Assembly (NCBI GenBank): GCA_964016885.1
Contig: OZ024742.1
Location: 334,676,001 to 334,740,000, forward strand
DNA length: 64,000 bases
Source: Eledone cirrhosa
Lineage: Eukaryota
Reading direction: 5' to 3'
The translations under genes and the position numbers were made by a program. Of the stretch, positions 8,490 through 21,757 are shown piece by piece. The notes under the pieces were generated by a model. It ran no database searches. It was not told where the DNA came from and was given only the letters and a program-made list of their open reading frames with translations. Every line of letters begins with the position of its first letter. The stretch's first letter is position 1.

Positions 8490-11400
8490 ATGTCGAACCT
8501 AAACAGTTCGAATAACGGTGAAGTGGAGACTGGAATGTCAGGTGACAGACTCTCACCAAGCAGGTGCTCCCTGGCTCAGCAGCAGGGACCTGGGTGTCAA
8601 CCAAATACTGCTGGTGTCGGAGGAAGAAGAAGATGGAAAGGGACCAGAACCAACTGGACGAAAGAATTGAATAGAACTGTTATACAAGGTTACCTGAAGA
8701 GTAACCACAAGGAGAAAGGCTATAGGAAACGGATGCATAACATCTGGAACGAGATTGGTCTATTTAAATTAGATGAACAAAAATTAGCCGGGCAGGCTCG
8801 AGTTATAAGAACTAATCGGTGGATAAGCGAGCTGGAACTGGAGGAACTGAGCAGAGAGATTAGGTTGGAAATGGAGAGTGGAGTATGCCAGGCAAACGAG
8901 CCAGTGGGAAATGAAGGTGAAGAGGTTGAGAGAACGGAGGAACCATCCGAAGCAGACAATGATCTGAATGCTGAAATAAATAATACCTGGAACAGAGATA
9001 CGGCCATTGAAGAGGTGAATGCTGACGGGCTTGGACAAGATTTGGTTGATAACCTAAACTTAGTGGTAGATGAATTGAACAATGATAGTGGGAAACCTAT
9101 GAACCTAAGGTTTGTAGACAGGAAAAAGTTAAAAGAAACAACAGCTAAGGTAAACAAAGTCATCCCATACCTTGAGGCGAGGAGCCTTCACCAGTGCAAC
9201 AATATCCTCAAAGCAACAGCAAATGCGGTGAGGAAATTACTTGGCATAAAAGCGAGAGGAAACAACAACAAACAAGAAAGATAAGAATCTTGGTGGAAGA
9301 AACGACTGAATGGTCAAATCGAGGAAATGAGAAATGACATTGGAAAGCTTGAGTCCCTACTGAATGGGACACTAAAAAACATAGACACTAAAAATAGACT
9401 GGAAATAAAGTACAAAACTAGGAGGAAAAAGCTAAATATTATCATAGAGGAACTGAAGCAACGCATTGTAGCAAAGAGTGCAAAAATTAAGCGATACGAG
9501 AGCAGAGTCAGTCAGTATAGACAGAACCGCATGTTTGACAACAACCAGAAGATGCTATTTGGACAGCTTGAAGGGAAAGAAAGAGGCAACGACTTGATCC
9601 CTGAGGCGGAACAAACTAAGACATTCTGGAGAGAAATATGGGAGCAGGATGTTAAACATAATGACCAGGGGTGTGGATTGAGACAGTACAAAAGGAGATT
9701 AGTGAACAGGCACACCAACAAACTGATTTGAGTATCACAGTTGAAACCCTTAAGTGGCAGGCCAAAAAACTAACCAACTGGAAATCACCAGGCCCAGATG
9801 GTGTGCAGGGGTATTGGATTAAAAATATAACATCCCTCCACCCGAAACTGACAACCATGTTCAATGACTGCTTGATGTCAGGTGAGGTACCAGAGTGGTT
9901 GACAAAAGGTACCACAGTTCTGGTAATGAAAGACCGAACCAAGTGTAATGATGTTACCAACAATAGACCTATCACATGTCTGTCTGTAATGTGGAAACTG
10001 TTGACAAGCATTATGTCTGAGGAAATCTACCATCACCTCCACACAAACAACTTGTTACCAGACGAACAGAAAGGATGCCGAAAGAAGTCCCGTGGAACAA
10101 AGGACCAGTTACTTATTGATAAGATGGTAATGAGGAATTGCAAGAGGAGACACACTGGTCTTGCCATGGGATGGATAGACTACAAAAAGGCATTTGGCAT
10201 GGTGCCTCATTCTTGGTTCACCAAAATCATAGAGATCTTCAAGGTGGCAGATAACATAAGACAGTTGATGGGCAAAAGTATGAAGTCCTGGAAAACAGAG
10301 TTAACATCAGTGGAGAATCCTTGGGAGGCGTGACGATCAAGAGAGATATATTCCAGGGAGATAGTCTGTCCCCTCTGTTGTTTGTCCTTGCCCTGATGCC
10401 CCTGACCATTATACTGCGAAAAGTGAGAGCAGGATACAAGTTGGGAAAGGGCGAGCTTACCATCAATCACCTCCTCTTCATGGACGATCTTAAGCTCTTC
10501 GGGAAGAGTAAGAAGAAGTTGGATGTGCTTGTTGACACTGTCCGTATTTTCAGCAATGATATATGTATGCAATTTGGTATTAGTAAGTGTGGAGTCCTTG
10601 TGATGAAGAGGGGTAAATTGAGCAGAAGCAACGGAATCCAGGTACCAACAGGCGAGATGATAAAGGAAATTGACACTGAAGAAGGATACAATTATTTGGG
10701 TGTTCTGGAGGCTGATGACATCAAGAACAAAAAAATGAAGGAATTGATAAGATCTGAATACATTCGGAGAATAAGGAGCGTATTAAAGTCACATCTGAAT
10801 AGTAGGAATGCCATACGTGCAGTAAATTCCCAAGCTGTGTCTATTATTAGGTACAGTGCGGGAATTCTGAGATGGAATGTTGCTGAACAAAAAGAAATGG
10901 ATAGGAAGACTAGGAAGCTATGGACTATCTACAACATGTTCCACAAGAGGAGTGATGTCGATAGACTGTACTTAAGGAGATCTGAAGGTGGAAGAGGTCT
11001 TAAGTGCATAGAGGACTGTGTTCAGATGGAGAAAAACAACCTACACAAATACGTGTCTGATAGCAAGGAGCCAATGCTCAGAATTGTACTGAAGGAGAGG
11101 ACAATAGACCAGGGGATGTCCAAGGAGGAAATAACAACAAGGAGAAAGAGCAGCCTTCATGAAAAATCCCTTCATACTACCTTCCTTGAGAAAACTGAAT
11201 TCAGAGATCCGCAGACATGGAACTGGTTGAAAAGAGGAGACCTTAAAAAAGCTACAGAAGGAATGCGAATGGCTGCGCAGGAGCAGGCCCTCAAAACGAA
11301 GTGGTTGAAACACCATATTTACAAGGAGGAGGCTAGCCCACTGTGCAGGATCTGTGGAGAGAGAGAGGAGACTGTGGCTCACATTGTATCCGAGTGTAAA

Positions 11401-11994
11401 CACCTAGCCCAGACTCACTATAAGGGCTGGAGACATGATGTGATGGGCAGGGTGATCCACTGGCACCTATGCAAAGTAAACCTATTTACCACATTCTGAG
11501 AAGTGGTATGAACATAAGCCAGAGTCGGTGATAGAAAACGATCAGGTGAAGGTGCTGTGGGATTTTAGGATACAGACTGACAAGAAACTGGAACACAATA
11601 GAACTGACCTGGTGGTTTTGGACAAGGAAAAAAGATCGTACCTGATTGTGGATGTGGCCTGCCCATTCGATACGAGAGTGCAAGAGAAGGAGAGAGAGAA
11701 AATTAACCGATACCAGGACTTAAAGTGGGAGGTAAAACGGATTTGGAACTGCCATGAAGTCAAAGTGGTCCCGATTGCCATAGGCGCACTAGGTACTATC
11801 TCAAAAAGTTTCCAGGGATGGTTAAAGAAAATTGGCCCCGCCACGCTTTTTGGAACGCTTCAAAAGGCATGCTTGCTGGAAACAACAAGAACCCTCCGAT
11901 ACGTCCTGAATATCTGAGGCTGCAGGTAGTGGCTTGATATTCATATCAACAAACTTTCCAGTTAACTAACATCAATGACTGAGACTCAAAGAAC
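8490..11994 (+). mobile_element. R4/Dong-clade RLE-type non-LTR retrotransposon, near full-length, inactivated
   Basis: N-terminal WTKELN...GYRKRMHNIW. RT motifs KSPGPDG, WIDYKKAF, IFQGDSLSP, LFMDDLKLF. DVDRLY..RSEGGRGL. Knuckle CRICGEREETVAHIVSEC plus RHD. RLE region LWDF...NRTDLVV...DVACPFD...EKINRY. One in-frame stop (9282-9284) and frameshifts near 9670, 10320 and 11490. Ends in (AAT)9 at 11995-12021. True 5' end is uncertain (7981-8490). Confidence 0.9.
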
Positions 11995-12313
11995 AATAAT
12001 AATAATAATAATAATAATAATATTCTTTGATCTTATTGAATTTCGAATTATAAAAGCTCTGCTACTGTAACTGTTCGCTCCTGAAGAACGAAGGGTAAAC
12101 ATGTGCATTGAGCTTAGCTCATCTTACCAAGGAAAATAGTATATTATCACACTACGCGCTCCATAATCCACTTTTCTAAAAAATATATCATACACAAAAT
12201 GCCAGCACCAACAGTTTTGCAAAAGATGTCAACATGAATGGACCTGTTCTTTTTATCTGAAGACACTTTCTCCAATTCCGGCCCACCCGTGCCCTCAATC
12301 TATCTCATTCTTT

Positions 12314-12348
12314 CTTCTGATGAAGGACTAGCCTCCGAAACGTTAAGG
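12314..12348 (+). ncRNA. Minimal hammerhead-ribozyme-like motif of Penelope type
   Basis: CTT-CTGATGA-AGGACTAGCCTCC-GAAA-CGTTA-AGG: both core boxes, short stem II (GGA/TCC), palindromic AACGTT stem III, stem I CTT/AGG. Confidence 0.55.
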
Positions 12349-12791
12349 CCCTCTTTCTGCTATATCAAGCGTTAACCTAATATATTCCTTTCATATACTG
12401 TAACGATTATATTATTTCTGTTAACCTTTTACATATATATATATATATATATATACATAAAAACAGTCTTGGCGTAAAATCAATTTTTTACATTCACATG
12501 ACCTTACCGACCAATCAAAATTGTTTTGACCACAAGAATTTTTGCAAATTGGAGCCACTTTTTTAACATAAAAACAGGTAGAATTCCCAAAACTAGTCAG
12601 ATCAGAGCAAACAGCACGGACACTATCTCAAAATTATTTTTGAAAAGCATTTAGAAATGCGCAACCGGTAAAAACTTAAAAACTTAAAACCACAACTGAA
12701 TACTAACCCATACAATCACTAATACTCTTTTATTCCTAATTAAACCATTTTTCAACTGTGAACAATTTGTCAGCATTTTCTATTCCGTTTA

Positions 12792-12915
<124 letters not shown>

Positions 12916-13149
12916 TGTTGTTGTCTGTTGTTGTCTGTTTCCTCATTTTTGTAAAGTCTATACAAATCCACATTTCTACTCCGATTGACTTCAAACTTGC
13001 ATTTATATATTCCTTGCTGTCTAAAGATATTAATTGCAGCTTTTATCTTTCAATTTTCTGTTGTTAAACGGGTGTTAGGCGCCGGTTATCCATATCCGTC
13101 GCGCTCTTATAATATCTGTCTGTATGCATTACGACATTCTGACGAACAT

Positions 13150-13345
13150 TGATGACGTATTATGTTCGCTATTTTCCGTTCATTGCCAAGGAACATCTTC
13201 ACGAACAAAAGAATCGTCTTCCTGTTTTATTTCGGTTGCAACGTTTTTCGAAATATTTACTTCTGCGTTCACAGATTGATGTTTTTAGTTTCAGGAGATC
13301 CCGTTAAGGGTGAAAGCAACGATTCTTTGCTTAAACATTAATTTT
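13150..13345. mobile_element. Single arm of the MITE family seen complete at 16454-17046
   Basis: Shares ATGACGTATTAT...GGTTGCAACGTTTT...GATCCCGTTAAGGGTGAAAGCA.CGATTCTTTGCTTAAAC with 16845-17025. Confidence 0.7.
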
Positions 13346-13355
13346 TTTATTTTCA

Positions 13356-13450
13356 TCTATATATGTATATATATAAAACTGAGGAAGGATGTATGTATGC
13401 ATGTATATATGTGTGCATGTGTGTATCTGTGTATGTGTGTATGTGTGTGT

Positions 13451-13509
<59 letters not shown>

Positions 13510-14084
13510 CCGAGAAGTACCCAACAGGTCTTTTTCAAACTTTACATGTGCATTACTTATATTTCAGGGAGTGTTATGCACATACAAAAAATTAAACTTG
13601 TTGATCCCATAGGGCCCGCATTAGGTGAAAAACTGCGTTTTTTCCAGCTTTTTAGGGGTTTTTTGAGGCTTTACGCCAGACGGATTTCCTTGAAACTGTA
13701 ACTATGTATTAGTCTCTTCTTCATACCGTGAGCAAAGAAAATCCAACTTTTGTATGGACTATCGCCCGCATTAGGTGAAAAGCTTCATTTTTTCAGCTTT
13801 TTAGGGCTTATTTGAGGCGTTACGTCTAGCCGATTTCCCGAAATTTCAAGGCATATTATGCACATAAAAAAAATTCATTTTCTTGATCGCCTAGGGCCCG
13901 CATTAGGTGAAAACCTGCCTTTTTCCTGCTTCATGGAGGAAAATCTTAGATGATCCAGCCATCAGAGTATTCGGTTTATTTTCTTTACATATTGTCCAGG
14001 CATGCAGTTTTTCCACGATTAGGTCTGTTGGCGGCCCGCGTTCCAAAATACCTTATCTCGTTCAACGTCGGGTACCACTTCTAT
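13356..14084 (+). mobile_element. Non-autonomous Helitron-like element with internal ~140-bp subrepeats
   Basis: A|TCTATATAT...ATAAAA 5' end, then (GT)n. Three CCCGCATTAGGTGAAAA-anchored repeats at 13616, 13765 and 13897. 3' hairpin-like CTCGTTCAACGTCGGG followed by CTAT (a CTAG variant). Confidence 0.6.
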
Positions 14085-14121
<37 letters not shown>

Positions 14122-15137
14122 ATATATAAGTGTATAAGAGCGTGTGTGAATATATATGTCTATCTTTAATGTTTACTTAACGGTTCGATAAAAATAGATC
14201 AATAGAAATTACCTGATTCTAAAGAAAATTAAGTATTAGCGTGCTATGATCGCTTACATCTCTTCATGGTTGTGCTATAGTATGGCCTCAGTTTAGTGAC
14301 TGAAACCATTAAGAAAATGTGTATAGAAATAAGATTTTCCATCTCATATTTTTAGCAAGTTAAATGAATAGATTATCTTGAGTTGAATTTAGTTTATATA
14401 AGGATATGTTTCTAAACATTCATAAACAGATTTATTAGAGAAGCATTGGAAATATATCATTTCAATGGAGTAATTACATCAATACGATTTATTGTGTTGT
14501 TTCTTAAAGGTGAGTTCATAGTAAACATTCTCTCGCTATTTTCTAACTACGAATATTTGATACTAAAATAGTGGATATAAAATAACCCATATTAATAACT
14601 CCAACGATTATCACTGCTATGTTATTTATGACGCAGAGATCTAGCAATACTATTATCACACTTTGGATAGTATGTTATTTGTTCCATGAACATAGCGTTC
14701 GATAATTCAAGTATAGATTCTGCTTACATTTGTTCACATGGTGACATTCAGGATATAATGTCCCCTGAGACTCTTTGACATTAGGGAGCTTGAAATCACC
14801 CAGGAATTGCGTGTGGTTAATACCACTATTATCTTTCTAAAGTTATCTATAAATTTCCCCTAATGATTTGAGACATGAAGTCGGTGATATGTTGTATATA
14901 TAACTGTTTCAAGTGTGCCACAAACAGAGTTCGTGTGTGACATCTTCACGAGTGTTCACTGAAATTCAACAATGAGATGTTTCTTTCCTGGCTGTAAAAA
15001 CTAAGATCTACTTTGGTATGTGCATTTCTGTATCTGCTATATTTGGTCTTAGATGCTATGCATATTGTTTGATCACAAACACTCGCGAGTCTTACGCATT
15101 CCTTCACCATTTTTAACAACAAATATCTTATACTAAA

Positions 15138-15312
15138 ATAATTGTTTCTACTTTTGGCACAAGGCCAGAAATTACCCAGTACATTACTGCTACTTTATTA
15201 TATCGACCCCGTAAGGATGAAAGGCAAATTTGACCTCGGCGGGATTTGAACTCAGAATGGAAAGAGCCGTAACTCACAGCATGACGTCCGAACCTCTACC
15301 GATACTGCCAAT
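15138..15312 (-). mobile_element. tRNA-derived SINE, family A
   Basis: Reverse complement of the 25361-25741 copies (TTGGCAGTATCGGTAGAG A-box region, GAGTTCAAATCC B box, TTTGCCTTTCATCC..GGGGTCGATAA body). Confidence 0.8.
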
Positions 15313-15483
15313 GAATCTAAAATGACTGAAGTTAACAACTAACACATTTGTCATCGTCTGTGAAAAGGAAGCGGTAAACGGAACAACTGAACCGGGATCA
15401 GTGTGAGACGTGATGTGAAGCAATTTTTAGCCGGTTCTTCTATGTCTGGTGACTGACTCAGAGGTAAGACTATTGTTGTAGTA

Positions 15484-15990
15484 GTGGATTGGCAGTATCG
15501 GTAGAGGGTTGGACGCCATGCATAGAGTCATAACACTTTATGATCTGAGTTCAAATCGCGCCAAGGTTAACTTTGCCTTTCATCCTTAGGGAGTCGATAA
15601 AATATTGTTCAGCAGGAAATACGGGCATTACATGTTCAGCAATGAGGAGCAAAATGTATAAATGTGTCTGAACACGGAAGAGCCAAACTTCCACTGCCAT
15701 CGCTACATCATTCTCACCCTCCCCATCTCTCTATATTATGAGCAAATGGGATCCCACATGTTGGCCGCCCCACGGCCCCGGTGGACAGAATGGAGAAGGC
15801 GTTTCCCCAGAAAATGGTCAGGGAGATTCGTTGGAATAGCCATTCCATCTCGCGAGGCTCACACCTGCGGCTAGCTAGCTCAGCGCCTATGGTAGTAAGT
15901 AGGGAGGTTTCCCTAGAGTCGATAAAATGAAGTGCCAGTAATGCACTGGGGGTTATTGCTGGCCTTGTGCCAAAAGTAGAAACAATTATT
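15484..15990 (+). mobile_element. SINE family A interrupted by a 312-bp insertion
   Basis: SINE 5' part at 15484-15603 and 3' part at 15916-15990. GAGTCGATAAAAT is duplicated at 15591-15603 and 15916-15928. Confidence 0.75.
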
Positions 15991-16453
15991 GTAGATGTTG
16001 TTGAGAACAGTGATTGAAAGGATGATAGTGAGGCGTAAGCTGTAGTTCTGCTTTGTGGTGATGATGATGGCAGTGAAGACTATGAAGATGTCGACGACTA
16101 TGAGGATATTGAGATGAGAATTATGATAACGATGATGATAATGATGCTAATGAGCATGATGATGATGATGAGGAGGAGGATAAGGAGGAAAATTGTAATA
16201 GGAGGAATAATGGCACTACTAAAATGAATACTGGAAGTTATGATGGTCATAGCAGGCATTACGATGACCATATTTTTCAATATTTTCAATGATAGTCCAG
16301 CGTCTAATCCAGTCTCTAATATATCTAAAAACATAGAACAAGGTGTATTATAAACTTTTACATTATATGATGTTTTCTTGTTGAATCTCTCAGTTACAAT
16401 GTATATATAGGAATATATATATAGGTATGTATATATATTTATATATATGTGTA

Positions 16454-17046
16454 TATTAAAATAACAGATTAAAGTTTAAGCAAAAAATCGCTGCTTTCAC
16501 CCTTAACGGGATCTTCTGAAACTAACAAAGTCAATCTTTAAACGCAGAACTGGATATTTCAAAAAACGTTGCAACCAGAGGCGGACAGGAAGACGATACT
16601 TTGGTTCGTGGAAACGTTCGCTGGCAAAGAACGGGAAAAAACGAATAATACGTCATTAATAGGAGCGGTTTTGTCTTTGCTATTGTTCTCTACGCTCCAC
16701 ATATGACGTATTATCTTCGTTTTTTCGTTCATTGCCATAGAACGTCTCTATGCACCACCTAAGAGAACATTAGTCTACGACCTCTTTTATACCATAAACG
16801 TGGTTCTGTCTTTGCACGTAATTGTTTTTCACCGCTCCTATTAATGACGTATTATTCGTTTTCTCCCGTTCTTTGCCAGCGAACGTTTCCACGAACCAAA
16901 GTATCGTCTTCCTGTCTTCCTCCGGTTGCAACGTTTTTTGAAATATCCACTTCTGCGTTTACAGATTGACTTTGTTAGTTTCAGAAGATCCCGTTAAGGG
17001 TGAAAGCAGCGATTCTTTGCTTAAACTTTAATCTGTTATTTTAATA
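16454..17046. mobile_element. MITE/foldback element with ~216-bp terminal inverted repeats, in TA-rich context
   Basis: 16454-16669 is the near-perfect reverse complement of 16831-17046. A partial third arm copy lies at ~16702-16750. Confidence 0.85.
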
Positions 17047-18020
17047 AATATTTGCTCTACGGTTCTTATATATTTGATATATATTTATTTTATATATATT
17101 TGATATATATTTATCGAGCCTTCTTTGGATTTTAGTCTTCAAATTTATTATTATTACTATATATGTGTATATATATATGTGTGTGTGTGTGTGGATGTAT
17201 GTGCGTGTGTGTGTATGTATGTGTATATATACATATATACACACACACACACAACCTAACGCACACACACACGACGAGCTTTAGCAATTTCCGTATACTA
17301 AATTCCATTTCCCTCATATGTCATTGCTCGACCCGAGGCTATAGCACACACTTGCCCCAGGGGCCACACCGTTTGTCATACATAAAATGTTTAAATGTAG
17401 ACTGTTTATATATGAGTATTACACAAACACACACACACGTTTCATTACCTCACGTTCTCTTCTACTTCACCTTCAATCCTCGTCCCGGCAGCTTCTACAT
17501 CACTCTGTCTATGTAATATGACCAACTTATGTTTCGCAGTACCTCCACCTATGATGATATCACTACCACATATTTCACATTACACCAAACCACCATATCT
17601 CTTTTTATCTCATTATTTCTCAGTTACTCTCTCCATAAAACACACACTCGTACACATACATACGTACACACATACACACTATCTCTTACACTCTCTCTTT
17701 CTCTTTCTTTCTGTCTCTTACATTCTCTCTCTCTCGCTCTATTAGATTTTCTTTCCCCCCTCTCTCTCTCACTATCCCCCCTCTCTCCCCCCTCTCTCTC
17801 TCTTCCTCCCTCGCTTTATCCCTGTCTCATCCAATCACGTATCAATCTAATTTATAACAATTTTATTTTTCATTTTTGTATTTCCTATTTAGCAGTTTTC
17901 AGTTTTCGTAGTCAGGAGATCGATTCCGATTGGTCAATATAATAAATCCCGTCGCGTGTAGATATGTGTGGGTGCGTGTGTCTGTCTGTGTGTGACTGTG
18001 TGTGTGAAAGAGAAAGCGAG

Positions 18021-18101
<81 letters not shown>

Positions 18102-18253
18102 CGCGGGCGCGTGGGTGTGTGTGTGCGTGTTAGTTCACATATGCTGCAACACTGACTTTGATTCTACTTACTTAATATATATTTATATATATATATATAT
18201 ATTTATATTTATACACAGACACACACATACATACACACACACACACATAATAC

Positions 18254-18284
<31 letters not shown>

Positions 18285-18711
18285 TATACACATCTATCTA
18301 TATATACATGTATCTATATATACATGTAACTATATATACATGTATCTATATATACATGTATGTATGATATATACAGGCATATACGTGCTTACATATACAC
18401 TCATATATACATGCATATAGACGTAGATTGTTGAAGATTTCTTAAACGCTGTACGTAGAAAATTGCTAAACGTGCCTGTTAACCGGACCATATGATTAAT
18501 ATAGTAGCCAGTGTGAGCAAAGTTCAAAAGATGACCTCTGCTTCTGTTTAACTTCTGCAACTATTTGATCCCACCACCCAATCTAGTATATTTCTGCACA
18601 ACGGCAGCCATGTTTCTAAAATAAATCAAACTTTGCATAACAGGTATAATATAATTATGGCAAACCTTCAAACTATTATTATTAATATACTACTTGTCTA
18701 TCTGTCTGTCG

Positions 18712-18751
<40 letters not shown>

Positions 18752-21161
18752 TGAAGACACACACACAAACACACACACTCACACACACTCGCACACAAAA
18801 CACACACATATATATATATATATGTGTTTGTGTGCTTATATGTATATATATATGCACACCAATGTATAAATATATACCCACACATATATTTATACAAATA
18901 TATATGTATACATGTGTGTGTATATATCCGCAAATGTGTGCCACCCTTCTCTCATTCTCTTCTTATACCCCACTCTCTCTCCCTCTTTCTTTCTCTCTCT
19001 CTAAATATATATATATATATAGATATGTGTGTGTGTGTGTGTGTGTGTATATGCTCTATATGTAAATAAACAGAGAGGGTGAATATATTTTCATACTGTG
19101 ATTTCCCTGCCGAATTAAGCAATTAGTCGATCATTCATCAGACAATTTCCTTGACCAACGTAAATTTGGGGTATTCACAAATATACGCACTTCCTCTACT
19201 TTACATGCTGTGATATAAATAATATAAAATAAAATTTCTTTCAATTTACTTTTAAAGAAATTATTGAACAGTGGTTCCTAACCAGGTCCGTGAGCTAAAT
19301 TCGAAATTTCAAGTAATTTCTTAAAAACATAATATACTATAATACACACACTATTGGGCATCCATTCATTATTATAGTATAAATATTTGTCTCTTCCACT
19401 TGTTATTCTTATCGTTTAACAATCTGGGAGGAGAGTAACTGCAACAGTTGTTCTGTGGGCATCAATTCATTTTTTAAAGAAATCTAGGTAACAACTAGTA
19501 TAGAAATACAAAAATAAATTGAAAACATGAAAACAAAACTGTATCTAATAAAAATTAATTTGTCGCGTTTCAATGATTGAAAATAGTAAATGAATAAAAT
19601 ATATAATACGATATGTATCGGATTATGTCAGAATATATTCGAAATAGAGAAACTACGCAATTGGTAAGATATTATAAAGCGAATGAGAAAGATAATTATG
19701 CACCATCATAAATTGTGTATATAAAATATCGAAGTCACGTTGCACACCACAAGATTAAGTATATATTTTCACTCTATAAGGAAGAGTATAATGGCCGCAG
19801 AATAACAAAATCTTGTTTAGAGTAGGCAGTGTAAATGAGGAAATGGTTGTAACATCTCACTCGTTACTCTCAGGGATAACACATTTGCATTTCTGTCCTC
19901 CGGGACTATGAAGCAACACCAATCCGATGTTTTGCAAAGATGTGAAGATGAAATACAATGCTTCATGTCAATGTACTGAGAATTCTTCATCGATGGAATC
20001 TTACCAGAATCATTTTAGGTTGACCTATATATCTGCATCCTATTTGCATCCCAAATATGTGACCTCTCTTTTCTCCTTTACATTGAATACTCTAAATAAT
20101 TATTTCTCTTTTCGTGTCGTTTTTTATCGTTGTTTCCGCTTTCACGAAACGTTTATGTATTCCTCCATGCATTCCTATATATTGTCAATGCATTTGGCTC
20201 TATCTCTGATTAACATTCAGACACTTTTTATGTATAATCTGATCTTTCCATCTACTATTGGAGTATCTTCGTTTTCTCTTTCCAGATATCATATCCCACC
20301 AAAGATTTAACAGAGGCCACAAGTTGAGTAAATTTTGTAACCAAATAGTTTGAGAGTTATTTTAATTTTCTTAAAACTTAGGTACTGTTATTGTTGTAGA
20401 GTAATTGCTCATGAATGTATTATTCTTACTGTCCGTTAAGTATTTACTAACATAAAACCTCTTGGCGTGGTTTGAAAATACTTTAATTTTCTAGTATTTG
20501 TTTCAACGGGATGACACAACCTACCATATACAAAGGCAGTGGAAATGTTATATATGTTAGCTACAACTCTAAATAGCATTAGCATGTCTGCATTTTCTCC
20601 AGTCTTATATTTAGAAAATTAACACGATTAGAATATTTGTGTGAGCATTGTACCTCCTTCTGTTACGACGATCACAATGCCAGTCTACTCTTAAAATTAA
20701 CATGCAAGCGGCTTAGGATTCCACAGAAATGTGTGATCTTAATACAGTTGTTATGGAGGTTCAATCTGATATAATGAGTGACACGGCTGAATTACGTGCG
20801 AAATTGATTCTTTTCGGCTGAATGTTCAGGAGCAAAGTGTCTTATCGAGGGCACAGTATGCTACAAAGAATCGAATTCACGACTTACAAGCGTGAATCGA
20901 ACATTCTAACCACTGGTCTATGTGCTTTGAAAGATTTACTCATAGATTAGTCTGGCTGAGAAAGCAGAGAAGCTGCGATTAGGTCAAAATTATAAAAGAA
21001 AATTGTTTGAAAGCAACACCAGATATATATTTGGATATATCAATTATCTACCATTAATTAATTCATAAAATATATGAAGTGGCACGTAATTTTTATTGTA
21101 TTTGATTGGCAACACAAGAAACTTTAATATTCTTATATTCATAGATGTATGTCTGTGTATG

Positions 21162-21206
<45 letters not shown>

Positions 21207-21235
21207 ATGTATATGTATATATATAATACACACAC

Positions 21236-21281
<46 letters not shown>

Positions 21282-21429
21282 ATGTATATACATATATGTA
21301 TGGATGTATATATATATATATGTATATATGTATATATATATATATATATATAACGAAGGAAATGTGGTAAGGAACCAGGTGGACCATAACGCACCAAAGT
21401 ACTCAATACTTGAGGTAGTAGAGTGGGTA

Positions 21430-21540
21430 ATAGGAACCAGTAAGACCCCGACAGCTGAGCTCAAGCCGTTTCGACGGCTAATTCTGAATTAGCCGTCGAA
21501 ACGGCTTGAGCTCAGCTGTCGGGGTCTTACTGGTTCCTAT
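21430..21540. repeat. Perfect palindrome: 55-bp arms, 1-nt centre (21485)
   Basis: ATAGGAACCAG...CGGCTAATTC-T-GAATTAGCCG...CTGGTTCCTAT. The right arm runs straight into (TA)n. Confidence 0.92.
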
Positions 21541-21757
21541 ATATATATATATATATATATATATAGATGTATATATATGTATATATATGTATGTGTATAT
21601 ATTTGAATATGTATATATAAATATGTATATATATATATATACATAGATATACATATATATATATATATAATATGTGTATGTATGTGTGGTGCGTGTGTGT
21701 GAGTGTATGTATGTTTTGTCTATTTTCTCTTCACATATATATATTAGTTATATGACT

